DNA of 44,568 nucleotides from a virus, in the UHGV virus genome UHGV-0171754; one strand, written 5' to 3'. Each line of letters opens with the position of its first letter. Position 1 is the stretch's first letter. The position numbers and the translations under genes are program-made. Under the pieces are notes generated by a model, which was not told where the DNA came from, searched no databases, and was given only the letters and a program-made list of their open reading frames with translations. Shown in pieces: positions 7,137 through 16,349 of the stretch.

Positions 7137-8232
7137 GCCATAACCCCCGGTTTTTAAGCTGTGCGATAGTCATTAGTTCGCCGGAATCGGTGAACATCTT
7201 CGGGACTTTCACGCCGCGCATAATCTGGTCGGCGCGTTGCACCCCGTATAATTCCTCCAGGATATGGCGCGGCTGGCGCTGCACCCATGAGAAGAAATCA
7301 GTCTGCGCGTCGACCTGCTCACTCAGCAATCTGCCAGCGTCAGCCTTCAGCGCCGGACGCTTACCACTGGGCCAATCTTCCATACCTTTGACTTTCCACG
7401 TCTCCGTCGAACGGCAGCAATAATGTAGCTTGCCTGGACCAGCGCCATATTGTGATCCAGCCACCACTTTCCCGCCGCGCTTTCCTTTGGTGTCGGGAGT
7501 AACATCAACCGGATAAAACAGGCGATCGCGTAGCTGGCACATGGGAGAAGTATGCGTGTCCAATGTAGATAACCATTGGCGACCTTCGAGAATATCGTCA
7601 TTTGCTTTTACCATTAGTTCGCGGGCTGTCGCCGCATAGTGGTTGACTGCGGACTTAACAACGCTTGAGATAGCTTGCGCACTACGACCGCCGAGCGCGC
7701 GCCTCACGTCCGCAATAATTTCCATAGTCGGCTTGCCCTGGATGAATCCGGCGCGCACCTGATTGCCGATCTGCGTCCTGGTCCACTCAGAAAGTGAGTC
7801 AGGCCATTGCATCATCGTATTACCCTGGAACGGGTTTTTAATTGCAGTCGCTGCGATCTGCGCACCGGTCACTACGCCAACCACCTCGACTGCAGGTACG
7901 GCGACCACCGGCTGGATCGCTGCCGTTAATGTGTCGGCGAGATAATCAGCCTCCGTGTCGGCAAACTCCTGAAGGCTTTCAGCCAACGCCTTAAACTCGG
8001 CGCGCAGTTCCGTTTTTACGGTCTTGTCGATTTGCGTTAGCAGGGTTGAAAGTGCCTTGTTGTTCATTGACGATTTGCCATCAAGCAACTCAGTCAGCTT
8101 TCCCAGTAACGTAGGCCGGAACTTCTCCCACATAGCCAGCACCCTTCGCGCCTGGTCATTGCTCAGGCGCTGGGTGAAGATGTGTCGGCGGATCATTCGA
8201 TCCGCCATATATTGATTAATTGTCTTCGCCAT
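7129..8232 (-). CDS. Head morphogenesis protein (Mu F / SPP1 gp7-like minor head protein)
   Basis: About 367 aa from ATG (MAKTINQYMADR); immediately downstream of portal, overlapping its stop. Confidence 0.7.
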   Translation of the reverse strand: MAKTINQYMADRMIRRHIFTQRLSNDQARRVLAMWEKFRPTLLGKLTELLDGKSSMNNKALSTLLTQIDKTVKTELRAEFKALAESLQEFADTEADYLADTLTAAIQPVVAVPAVEVVGVVTGAQIAATAIKNPFQGNTMMQWPDSLSEWTRTQIGNQVRAGFIQGKPTMEIIADVRRALGGRSAQAISSVVKSAVNHYAATARELMVKANDDILEGRQWLSTLDTHTSPMCQLRDRLFYPVDVTPDTKGKRGGKVVAGSQYGAGPGKLHYCCRSTETWKVKGMEDWPSGKRPALKADAGRLLSEQVDAQTDFFSWVQRQPRHILEELYGVQRADQIMRGVKVPKMFTDSGELMTIAQLKNRGLWRD

Positions 8233-9736
8233 TGTCCGCAACCTTGTCCGGGTCTTCTTCGGTAGATTCTACCGCATCCGGGGACATTTGAGGCAATGGA
8301 TTCTGATTTCGCAGTTCGTCTTCCACCTGCTCGACGGTTTGCGAGTCATCAATTACGCCCTGGGCCATCATCCACTTGATAAAGTCCGCCAGACGGACCG
8401 TACCGGTCTGCACCCCCGCCATCATTGCGGTCATAAGCTGTGCGTCCACCGTGATCTCGGTGTAGAACTTATTCAGCGTTACGCGTTGATCTGCGGTGTC
8501 GCCAGTGAACAGCTTGACGATTTGCAGCGCACGGTTGAAAGCCTTCTCAACGTTACCGGCGATCAGTGACAGGATACTGTTATCCGTCTGTGCATCATAG
8601 GCCGCCTCGGTTGCCGTCTTAGGTGCGGTCCCCTTCTCGACCAGGGCCGCGCCCAGTTTAGCCATTTGCAATTCGCGTCGCTCACACAGCGCAACTGACA
8701 GGTTTCGCTCCTCCGCCTGAAGCAGTTTAGCGTCCATGTTCTGACCAAGGATGACGCCTTTAGTGGCCCCTAGCGCGATGCCGCCCTTCAGGTTTTTATC
8801 CGCCCATGATTGGGTCAGACCGGTCGCAATGAGTGTAGGTTGGCCCACAATGTGCGCAATCTCGGCGACGTCTGCTTCGGCGTTGTAGTGCTTAATGTTG
8901 ATTGACGCGATATCCGCCAGCGGTGCGGCATCTGGTGTTGCATTGTTATCCACCGCGCCACACCAACAGAAAGGCAGTTGCGTAAGCGCGTTACCGGCGG
9001 CATCCACCAGTGGCACAAGGTCGGTGCGGGTGAATCCCCGCGGCAAGTCCATTTGCACCTCGGACGTGTCCGCATTGTAAAACCAGCGGCGGGCGTGTGC
9101 CTTACCCGCAATCATGCGAAGCTCAGTCCAGATCGTTACTTCGTGGTTTGCGAAGTCGTCCGGGTCTACGGTGCTGATTTCGTCCGTCTCCTTCAGCACG
9201 ATTAGCGTGTCGACCCCGTGGGTCTGTCGCCAGTTAATGATCTGTTCCGCCGTATACAGGCGGATAAGCGGGCGGTGTGCCGCCATTTCAGCGGCTGTCT
9301 GCGGCACTACGTTACCCAGTTCGTCAAAATGCGCCTGGCGGTCGTAGTCCACCATAAAGCCAGCGCGGCCCGATTGCAGCACTTCCGACATAGCTCCGCG
9401 CAGGAGTTGCGCCAGCGGCATCCCGCTGCCGTCTACGTCATCAATCAGGTCAGCCATTGCCCCGGAAAGGTCAATACTCACCGGTTTGGCGAAGGCGACG
9501 CCTAACAGGGCATTCAGTGTGCGGGCGGTGGCATTCAGGAAGACAGCACGTTGCTTATATGCCTTATAGCGCGCACGCGATTTCGGGTCGGTGGTGTCGC
9601 CGCTGGCTGGGTGTGGCAGGTACAATGGCCCGCACGCCTTTACGGCGCGCTCCCCTGCTACGCAGTCACGGATCATTTTCCACTCAGGCGCGATGCGTGC
9701 ATAGAGCGGGTGCTGGTTGTCAACGTTAACGGTCAT
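8216..9736 (-). CDS. Portal protein
   Basis: 506 aa; AAGGAAA RBS; position between terminase large subunit and head morphogenesis gene. Confidence 0.8.
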   Translation of the reverse strand: MTVNVDNQHPLYARIAPEWKMIRDCVAGERAVKACGPLYLPHPASGDTTDPKSRARYKAYKQRAVFLNATARTLNALLGVAFAKPVSIDLSGAMADLIDDVDGSGMPLAQLLRGAMSEVLQSGRAGFMVDYDRQAHFDELGNVVPQTAAEMAAHRPLIRLYTAEQIINWRQTHGVDTLIVLKETDEISTVDPDDFANHEVTIWTELRMIAGKAHARRWFYNADTSEVQMDLPRGFTRTDLVPLVDAAGNALTQLPFCWCGAVDNNATPDAAPLADIASINIKHYNAEADVAEIAHIVGQPTLIATGLTQSWADKNLKGGIALGATKGVILGQNMDAKLLQAEERNLSVALCERRELQMAKLGAALVEKGTAPKTATEAAYDAQTDNSILSLIAGNVEKAFNRALQIVKLFTGDTADQRVTLNKFYTEITVDAQLMTAMMAGVQTGTVRLADFIKWMMAQGVIDDSQTVEQVEDELRNQNPLPQMSPDAVESTEEDPDKVADNGEDN

Positions 9737-9747
9737 GGTCGGTTTCC

Positions 9748-11133
9748 TTAGTAGAAGTCTACAGTTGGAACAACGGCGATTGGGCGAATCACTGGGAACA
9801 AGTGCGCAATAGGATAGCCCGCTGCGTCATTCATGTGGTCCACCCCGGCCGTTTTATCCGGCTCGCCTTTCTTCAGGTCGTAAACCTGCTGTTCCAGACA
9901 TTTCGCTAGTGTAGGGCATTTATCCAGGTTGACAAAATACTGGCGTACACCCTTCGAGTTGCACATCATCGTATTCATCGCGATCAATCGGTCTTTCACA
10001 GGTGGGTTAACGCTGTCGTACTCCACCTCGAAGCCCGCATCTTCCAGTTGCGCGATATCGGACGACGACGCGTTGACCGTTTTGCGGGATTTTCCGCTGC
10101 TATCCGGATACACGACGACCCTACCGGCGGCACAATGTTCCGGGTAGCGCTCCTCGATCGCCTCAATCATAGCCGGGGTGTCAAACAGGTCCACAAATTC
10201 ATCCACCGCGTGAATCTCGTCGCGGAACTCCTTGTTCTCGGTGGTACGCTGCCGTCTTACATACACGACCGCCGCCATTTTCGTGACGTTAAAGTCTATA
10301 CCGATAATCAGCGTATCGTCCGGTTGTACTTCTTCGGTGCTGGCGTTCTCATCGCGGTTGAACATCTTGTACACCGCGCCCGACGTAAGGTTAACAAACA
10401 GACCGTTCAGGTACGCATCAATCAGGTTCGCCGGGTACTGACTGCGCAGCGTGTCGATAAAGTCTGCCGGTAAATGGTGGTTGTCGGTGGTCTTCGCCCG
10501 GATCAGGCGCTTTTGGCTATCCTTCTCCACCTCGAAAATTTGATACATCGCCCGGTAGCCTTCAGGCGTGGATACTATGACGAACTGGCGGACGAAGCCC
10601 GCACGCAGACGACCTAGCAATTTGTGATATGCCGCCAGCGCGACGTCTTGTTTCGTGGTGTCGAACTCGTCGGCAACAATCCACGCGGCGTTGACCCCGA
10701 TCAGGCGGGTATAGTTCTCCATTGATTCACAGATCACGCGGGTCCATTTGCCTTTCACCAGAACGCTATAGATCTTGTCCTGCTTGTTGAACTTCCACCG
10801 GAAGCCAGCCTCGTCGAAAGCCTTCTCCAGTTCCGGATACATGATTTTAACCAGGAGGGGAATAGTCGGCTCCGTAACAATGCCATCATGACCGGGGTTC
10901 AGGGTTAAAAGCTGGATGACCTTACGCGCAGCGACCCACGACTTTCCGCCACCGAAGCCAGAACACAGGCCGAGGATTTTAGTCTTAGTGTCCCGCAGTA
11001 GTTCGACCTGGTGCGGAAGGCAATCAGGCTGGTAAAGCCGCACCGCCTGCGCAACGCGTGTTGGGCGTGGTGGTCGGTTGCGCTTTGCGATCGTGCGCTC
11101 CAGTGCGCGGTGTTCCGCCGCATAGTTACGCAT
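9748..11133 (-). CDS. Terminase large subunit
   Basis: 461 aa; P-loop GLCSGFGGGKSW and acidic ADEFD motif in the N-terminal ATPase part; start overlaps the small-subunit stop (TAATG). Confidence 0.9.
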   Translation of the reverse strand: MRNYAAEHRALERTIAKRNRPPRPTRVAQAVRLYQPDCLPHQVELLRDTKTKILGLCSGFGGGKSWVAARKVIQLLTLNPGHDGIVTEPTIPLLVKIMYPELEKAFDEAGFRWKFNKQDKIYSVLVKGKWTRVICESMENYTRLIGVNAAWIVADEFDTTKQDVALAAYHKLLGRLRAGFVRQFVIVSTPEGYRAMYQIFEVEKDSQKRLIRAKTTDNHHLPADFIDTLRSQYPANLIDAYLNGLFVNLTSGAVYKMFNRDENASTEEVQPDDTLIIGIDFNVTKMAAVVYVRRQRTTENKEFRDEIHAVDEFVDLFDTPAMIEAIEERYPEHCAAGRVVVYPDSSGKSRKTVNASSSDIAQLEDAGFEVEYDSVNPPVKDRLIAMNTMMCNSKGVRQYFVNLDKCPTLAKCLEQQVYDLKKGEPDKTAGVDHMNDAAGYPIAHLFPVIRPIAVVPTVDFY

Positions 11134-11684
11134 TATTCGCCCTGGCCTTTGCCGGTAGGTTCGACAACGACGTCGCCGTTATCATCTTCGTCGTCATCCA
11201 GTGGGATATCGTCGCGTACGCCGTGGTTGGCTTTAAGCAGGAACGTGGCGAAGCCCGCCGCGATGGTCACGCCGCCAGCTTCCATCAGGAAAGTTTTCTG
11301 CAACTCCATCGCGTCAGCCATCGCCTCGGCGAACTCCTCATGTGCGCGCGCCCAGCGATACAGGCAAGCTACGCCCACACCGATTTCCGCGGCAAATCGA
11401 CCGAAGGTTGGCATTTTGTTGCGGGGGATTACTTGCGCAGCGCCTTTATCGGAGTAGTTGACCTGCCAGGCGTCGGCGTCGGCAAAATAGCGGCGAAGCT
11501 GGTCGCAGTAAACGGATCGGTAGTCCGTAGGGCGTCCACATTTGCCGCCTTTACGGCGCTTGCCGTACTCGATCTCAGGTCCGAGATTGGTATGCTCGGT
11601 TTGCTCGCCTGGTTTACGGCGCGGGGTTACAGCCACTCGTCCGTCCAGTTTGGCGCGTCGGCCCTTAACTTTGATTTCTGCCAT
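11133..11684 (-). CDS. Terminase small subunit (putative)
   Basis: 183 aa from ATG (MAEIKVKGRR) with AAAAGGG RBS; basic N-terminus, acidic C-terminus; directly upstream of large subunit. Confidence 0.55.
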   Translation of the reverse strand: MAEIKVKGRRAKLDGRVAVTPRRKPGEQTEHTNLGPEIEYGKRRKGGKCGRPTDYRSVYCDQLRRYFADADAWQVNYSDKGAAQVIPRNKMPTFGRFAAEIGVGVACLYRWARAHEEFAEAMADAMELQKTFLMEAGGVTIAAGFATFLLKANHGVRDDIPLDDDEDDNGDVVVEPTGKGQGE

Positions 11685-11814
11685 GGTATATGCCCTTTTG
11701 TTCATATGCGCCGACCATCGGCAACATAGGAGACGGCCCTGCCATCTAATTGGGATTATAACAGGCACAAAAAAGCCCACCAAATCGGCAGGCTGGGAGG
11801 CTTACGGGTTGCCG

Positions 11815-12957
11815 TTACTTCAACATTTCCGGGCTAATGGTTAAGCGCGCTACTTCGCCGTAGTTGGCGCTATAGGTGATGACGTTTGCGCTGCGACCGG
11901 ACATCCAACCGCCACGACTGGCGTAGGCGTCTTTCGCTGCGAGCGTCCGGTGCTGTTCAACAATCATGTTGCGAGACTCGACAATCTTCTGGTGGTGCAA
12001 ATGACCTACGTGCGCGTAGCTGTATTCGCTTGACCCGAACGCCTGTCTGAATTTAGCGATCATAACCTGCTCGATAGCATCGAATCGCGCTTTGTGCCCG
12101 TGGTGGAAAAATAGCGTGGTCTTACCGTGCTGCACCATTTTGTAGACGTCCGGGGACGTATCCACATCGACGCGCGGCTCGTTCTCGTACAGCGTGTTGA
12201 ACATCTCAGCAAGCCAAATCATGCCCGACTCGTCATGATTACCCTGGACGATTAGCAGTTTGACTTTGTGGTGTTTTTGCAGCGCCAGGTCTACCACGTT
12301 GCGCACCATGCGAATCATGTAGCGGACCAACTTCTGGTATCTGGTGTCAGCGTCAAGTACGTGACCGCTTGCCGGTGTGACGGCATCAAGGCTATCAAAG
12401 TGCGCCATATCGCCGAGGATATTGATCACGGCAGTGCCTGCGTCTGGTGCGCGTGCGAAGGCTTCGACAAACCAGCGGTAGAACAGGTCTTCGGCGATCG
12501 CCATATCCCAGTCTTCGCCAGTCTCCTCGCCCCATGCCAACATGCCCAGGTGGAAGTCTGACACGGTGTACAGGTTGAGCAAGTCAAGCGCCTGGATCGG
12601 TACTGGAGGGGATTTTACTGGCGCTGCCGGTGTGATTTCGCTGTTCATACCCTCGACAACAGCGCGCATGGCTTCGAGTTGGCGCTCCTTGTCCTGCTCA
12701 GTGATGACCCACGACATGACCTCTTCGCCATTGCCGCGCACCAAGGCAGATACGCGCTTAACACCGAAGCCATCAGCAACGCGCTTGCGGATTACGGTAT
12801 CATTGCCGTGTCCAATGCCTTTTTTCGACAGGCGGGCTTTCCGCATGTAGACGTTTCGGAGGGCAATACCGTATTTCTTCGCAATCTCTTTAACCGTAGT
12901 CCCTGCCTGAATTTCTGCGATCAATTGCTCATCGGTAATTTTAGTTTGCGGGTGCAT
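11815..12957 (-). CDS. Calcineurin-like metallophosphoesterase with N-terminal helix-turn-helix domain
   Basis: 380 aa; HTH-like TVKEIAKKYGIALRNVYMRKARL; phosphoesterase motifs SDFHLG, GDMAHFD, GNHDE, HHGHK, GHLHH. Confidence 0.7.
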   Translation of the reverse strand: MHPQTKITDEQLIAEIQAGTTVKEIAKKYGIALRNVYMRKARLSKKGIGHGNDTVIRKRVADGFGVKRVSALVRGNGEEVMSWVITEQDKERQLEAMRAVVEGMNSEITPAAPVKSPPVPIQALDLLNLYTVSDFHLGMLAWGEETGEDWDMAIAEDLFYRWFVEAFARAPDAGTAVINILGDMAHFDSLDAVTPASGHVLDADTRYQKLVRYMIRMVRNVVDLALQKHHKVKLLIVQGNHDESGMIWLAEMFNTLYENEPRVDVDTSPDVYKMVQHGKTTLFFHHGHKARFDAIEQVMIAKFRQAFGSSEYSYAHVGHLHHQKIVESRNMIVEQHRTLAAKDAYASRGGWMSGRSANVITYSANYGEVARLTISPEMLK

Positions 12958-13020
12958 ATTTAATTAATTCCTGATTAGTGTACTGGGGACAATATATCAT
13001 GGGACTTATTGAGGCGGGCA

Positions 13021-13046
13021 ATAAAAAGCCCGGATAATACCGGGCT
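13021..13046 (-). terminator. Intrinsic terminator ending the lysis-cassette transcript
   Basis: Stem agcccgg/ccgggct, 6 nt loop, T5 on minus strand. Confidence 0.65.
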
Positions 13047-13053
13047 TGATTGT

Positions 13054-13215
13054 TTACTCTTCTGGCTCTGCGGACGGTGGTGGGCTTGGCAGCTTCGCAT
13101 CGAAGACCCCAGCGTGGCTGATAGTGTCCGCGATGATAGCGCGAGCGCCCGGATCTTCGGTTTTAGCCAGCGCGGCGAGCGCGTCAGCGTTATGATCAAG
13201 AATGCTTTTTAACAT
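13054..13215 (-). CDS. Small acidic hypothetical protein (53 aa)
   Basis: MLKSILDHNADALAALAKTEDPGARAIIADTISHAGVFDAKLPSPPPSAEPEE; GAGGT RBS 8 nt before ATG; stop followed at once by the terminator; below track threshold. Confidence 0.4.
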   Translation of the reverse strand: MLKSILDHNADALAALAKTEDPGARAIIADTISHAGVFDAKLPSPPPSAEPEE

Positions 13216-13231
13216 ACTGTGTTACCTCGTA

Positions 13232-13723
13232 TTATGCGGCGTTACGCCCGATTTTCTCGGCAACGTCCCACTGCTTACCATCAAACAACGCCTGTCTGCC
13301 GATTGCACGGCGCACCAGACCCTTAAGCACTTCCCCGCCTTGCTTGCGGAACAGCGGCAGCGTAGCACGTACCTTCGCCCAGTCGCCCAACCGCACCGCG
13401 TCATCGAAATCATTCGCGACGCCATCCGGTACGATCGGACCCGGACCGGCGTTGATTACCAGGTCCACCAGCGCGTCAAATTGCGCCTGGTTAATGCTCG
13501 GATGTGCGTATTTGTTCACCCAGTCCTCGGCATACGCCACATCGCGCTTGAGCAATGCCAGCGCTTCCTCGCGGGTAATGCTTCGTGGCGGATTAGTGCC
13601 AGTATGACCATAACCCCAGGTGTACAGGCCGCGGGCCTGCTCTTTCTTGGTCGCGAAATACGGCACCGGGCTGAAAGCCTCCCATGCTGCCGTAAATCGT
13701 AGACCGTTATCACTGAATCGCAT
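13232..13723 (-). CDS. Endolysin (lysozyme-like glycoside hydrolase)
   Basis: 163 aa; EAFSPVPY...WGYGHTG segment resembles phage lysozymes (family assignment GH24-like is from memory); adjacent to holin-like genes. Confidence 0.75.
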   Translation of the reverse strand: MRFSDNGLRFTAAWEAFSPVPYFATKKEQARGLYTWGYGHTGTNPPRSITREEALALLKRDVAYAEDWVNKYAHPSINQAQFDALVDLVINAGPGPIVPDGVANDFDDAVRLGDWAKVRATLPLFRKQGGEVLKGLVRRAIGRQALFDGKQWDVAEKIGRNAA

Positions 13724-13955
13724 GTTTTACCCCATTTAAAACAGCATTACGCAGGGTGCGCAATGCAAACAGCCAGATTAACGCGGTCCAGGTGGTATCC
13801 GATACGTCTCCTGTTTGCAACAGTCCAATAAGACAGATCATTGCCGTTAACAGATACAGCACCCGGCCTAAGATGCCATCCTGGACGGACGGCGCATACA
13901 CGTTAAACAGGGACGAAGCCCCGATGATAACAAACAACAGGACGGAGATAATCAT
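13710..13955 (-). CDS. Holin/antiholin-like small membrane protein
   Basis: 81 aa, hydrophobic segments; overlaps endolysin start and upstream gene stop. Confidence 0.5.
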   Translation of the reverse strand: MIISVLLFVIIGASSLFNVYAPSVQDGILGRVLYLLTAMICLIGLLQTGDVSDTTWTALIWLFALRTLRNAVLNGVKHAIQ

Positions 13956-14242
13956 TTTGCGCCCCCCGGAAGGTGTAGCGTCGCAATTGTCTCCCGGATC
14001 CGGTCAGCTATTGGCATCCAGAAGATGGCAGTTACGAAGCCCAAACCGGCGACAGTGCGCTCCCCCGACAAACCAGCCCACTCAGCGATAGCCGGTGCGC
14101 CAAATATGGCACACAGGAAGCCAACTACAACATACAAAACGAAGTTTAGCGGCCCCTTCGTAGCCTCACCATGAATGCGTGCGCCTACGAAGCCACCCGC
14201 CAGACATGCCAGGGCGAATAGCCACTCGTTTAGCTTATCCAT
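13952..14242 (-). CDS. Holin-like membrane protein
   Basis: 96 aa with at least two hydrophobic segments; first gene after a terminator, directly upstream of endolysin. Confidence 0.5.
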   Translation of the reverse strand: MDKLNEWLFALACLAGGFVGARIHGEATKGPLNFVLYVVVGFLCAIFGAPAIAEWAGLSGERTVAGLGFVTAIFWMPIADRIRETIATLHLPGGAK

Positions 14243-14278
14243 AAAAAAGTCCCAGTAAGTTTTAGCTCACTGGGACTA
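14243..14278 (-). terminator. Intrinsic terminator immediately upstream of the lysis cassette
   Basis: Stem agtcccagt/actgggact, 12 nt loop, T6 on minus strand abutting the holin ATG. Confidence 0.55.
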
Positions 14279-14294
14279 TATCACGCTTGCATAA

Positions 14295-14582
14295 TTAATC
14301 GAAAACGGACCACTTGCCGACGCCTTTCCACTCCCACCCGGATGACCGTACGGCTTCGAATGTTCGCCCGCCTATCATATCCCGATACCACAGCCACCAC
14401 ATGCGCAACCTGGTAGGGTGCTCCGTGATTCCACGGCGCTTGTATATCACGAACGTCATGCGGGTAATGCTGGCGGCTTCCACCGCGGGCCATACTACGA
14501 ACATCAGGACGCCCAACAGCACCGCGGTAAGCAGGCACAGCCCGCAGATCAAACCAAACCAATAAATCACGTCGTGTAGCAT
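14295..14582 (-). CDS. Small membrane protein, hypothetical
   Basis: 95 aa from ATG (MLHDVIYWFGLICGLCLL) with GGAAGGGG RBS; two hydrophobic segments. Confidence 0.5.
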   Translation of the reverse strand: MLHDVIYWFGLICGLCLLTAVLLGVLMFVVWPAVEAASITRMTFVIYKRRGITEHPTRLRMWWLWYRDMIGGRTFEAVRSSGWEWKGVGKWSVFD

Positions 14583-14703
14583 CGAATTGCCCCTTCCGGT
14601 TTGCCAATATGGCGCGCCCAAGCACGCGCCACGAAGTAATTGCGAAATACCCGACCGCCTATCTCAAAGCGGTTATGCTGAAGCATATCGCGGATCGTCG
14701 CAC

Positions 14704-15084
14704 TCATTTCAGAATCACCGAGCGCGGGTCGATGGCTTTCATGCTGCCGTCACGTTCGACCCGGATGAATCCAACGCCAAACTCCTGCGCATGGCGCTGT
14801 GCATTCGTAACGGCATCAAAGCGATTGACGATTTCGTGTACGGCGCGGCCCATCTTCGCTTGCACCTGGTGGGCGTCGTAGGTTGCGTAGGCTGGCTGCG
14901 ACTTGCGGAACTCCACACACGTCTTTTGCGCCACCTCCCGCGTTACTCGGTTAACGGCGTCCGCTATGGCGTTCGCGCGCTCATGCGGCTGGCGGTCGCG
15001 CAGGCAGTATTTGCGGCCCACGCGCTCGTAGTTGACAAGGCCGAAGTAAGTCATACCGGCGACGCCATCCTTGCGGGATTGCAT
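14704..15084 (-). CDS. Hypothetical protein
   Basis: ORF of 126 aa; start uncertain (alternative ATG 30 nt downstream). Confidence 0.4.
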   Translation of the reverse strand: MQSRKDGVAGMTYFGLVNYERVGRKYCLRDRQPHERANAIADAVNRVTREVAQKTCVEFRKSQPAYATYDAHQVQAKMGRAVHEIVNRFDAVTNAQRHAQEFGVGFIRVERDGSMKAIDPRSVILK

Positions 15085-15160
15085 ACCGTAGCGATGCCGT
15101 TTTGTTCGTAGTCAAGTACGCACATATGCAGGTAGATATACTCCTGCGAGAATCCGCCTA

Positions 15161-15349
15161 TTAACATTTCTCGGCCTCCAGAAATACCCCATGCTTGCGT
15201 ATAAACTTGCGCACGTTATGCGGGCGCATATCACAACGGCAGCGCTTAATAGCCCATACCTGCGGCCCGTAACGATAACTGACCCGCTCTTCGGCGATCC
15301 ACTCCGCAAGCTCGGAGTCCGTCACCTGGTCGCTTAGTCGAATCATCAT
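15161..15349 (-). CDS. Small hypothetical protein (62 aa)
   Basis: ATG overlaps upstream stop (ATGA); GGAGA RBS. Confidence 0.45.
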   Translation of the reverse strand: MMIRLSDQVTDSELAEWIAEERVSYRYGPQVWAIKRCRCDMRPHNVRKFIRKHGVFLEAEKC

Positions 15350-15615
15350 TTGCTCAGTCTCCAGTGTTTGCCTACCCGCTCAACGGCGGGCTTCCGGCGT
15401 AATGTAATACGAATACCCATTGGTTGCAAGGAGGTCCGCACCCTGAAATCGTGTTGTGCTGCGAACTGGTGCAAGTAACGAGTCTGCGTCAGTGGCTTCA
15501 CGTCATCGCGATAGCACCAGAACACAGAATCGCCCTCAGTCGCATTCTTAGCCCATATTCGTATGCAATGCAGGGGAATATGCCACGAAAGCTGTTTTGC
15601 GCGTCTACGGCTCAT
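15346..15615 (-). CDS. Small basic hypothetical protein (89 aa)
   Basis: AAGGGG RBS 5 nt before ATG; basic N-terminus. Confidence 0.5.
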   Translation of the reverse strand: MSRRRAKQLSWHIPLHCIRIWAKNATEGDSVFWCYRDDVKPLTQTRYLHQFAAQHDFRVRTSLQPMGIRITLRRKPAVERVGKHWRLSK

Positions 15616-15624
15616 TTTGGCCCC

Positions 15625-15930
15625 TTATTTCGCAAGCCGGGCAAATAGTTCGCGCTGGGCTTTAATCCGGGCGACGTTTGCCACTGCCGTCTCACCGATC
15701 CCGAAGCGATACGCCAGGCGCTCGCGGGAGAATGCCTGCGCGTATGCATGGATGGCCTTACGCAACGGCCTCAGTTCGTCCATGCTGGCGCCCATACCGT
15801 AAAGCGCGCTGCGAAGTGATTGATGCGCCAGTATCGCTACCTGAAGCGCCGAGTCTACGTTGCTGTTTAGTGCCTTCGCTTCGTCCAGCTTTGCCACGGC
15901 CAGGGAGTAATTCCAGATAATCGCTTTCAT
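15625..15930 (-). CDS. Putative HTH regulator, first gene of the leftward regulatory/lysis operon
   Basis: 101 aa; GAGGA RBS; C-terminal segment FGIGETAVANVARIKAQRE resembles a helix-turn-helix; promoter/operator immediately upstream. Confidence 0.5.
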   Translation of the reverse strand: MKAIIWNYSLAVAKLDEAKALNSNVDSALQVAILAHQSLRSALYGMGASMDELRPLRKAIHAYAQAFSRERLAYRFGIGETAVANVARIKAQRELFARLAK

Positions 15931-15945
15931 TGTTCAGTCCTCATG

Positions 15946-15995
15946 TTGGTGTGCAACCAATATATCAGGGTGCCAGGCGGGGCGCAACCAATATT
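15946..15995 (-). promoter_or_regulatory. Promoter with extended -10 (TGaTATATT), two TTGGTTGC octamers and TTGGT-N5-ACCAA operator
   Basis: Minus-strand reading attggttgcgccccgcctggcaccctgatatattggttgcacaccaacatgagga ATG; leader nearly identical to 5884-5910. Confidence 0.5.
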
Positions 15996-16145
15996 AATCA
16001 CGCGCATGAAAAAGTCGATCGCTATCTGCTGCAACTGCAAACCGCATTTTTCACCCCCCATTCTGCAACTTGCATTGGTTGCCTAGTTCAGCGACGACCG
16101 CAATCCGCAACATGCTGCCGTGTATTTTGCAATCCTGGATTTTAT

Positions 16146-16198
16146 GCAGTCTCAGACGAGGGGGGTGACAGACCCCCCGTCTAGTCTGAAAGACTGGG
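16146..16198. other. Element B hairpin: interrupted palindrome agacgagggggg-tgacaga-cccccc-gtct plus agtct-gaa-agact
   Basis: Same arms as the window-junction palindrome but different loop (tgacaga versus ccaatga). Confidence 0.6.
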
Positions 16199-16305
16199 GT
16201 GCTGTCCCGCTGTCCCGCTCCTCCCCAGGCCGCGTCATCCGGGGCGGGACAGGGGTGCTGTCCCGCTTTGTCCCGCCTCCTGTTTGTCCCGCTTTTTGTC
16301 CCGCT
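16199..16305. repeat. Element B: array of 7 GTCCCGC / GCGGGAC heptamers, homologous to window positions about 80-150
   Basis: Copies at 16204-16210, 16212-16218, 16245-16251(rc), 16259-16265, 16270-16276, 16285-16291, 16298-16304; block gggacaggggtgctgtcccgc...tttttgtcccg shared with element A. Confidence 0.8.
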
Positions 16306-16349
16306 TACTTTATGCAGTTTTATTGCATAACTATTCACTATATTTACAC

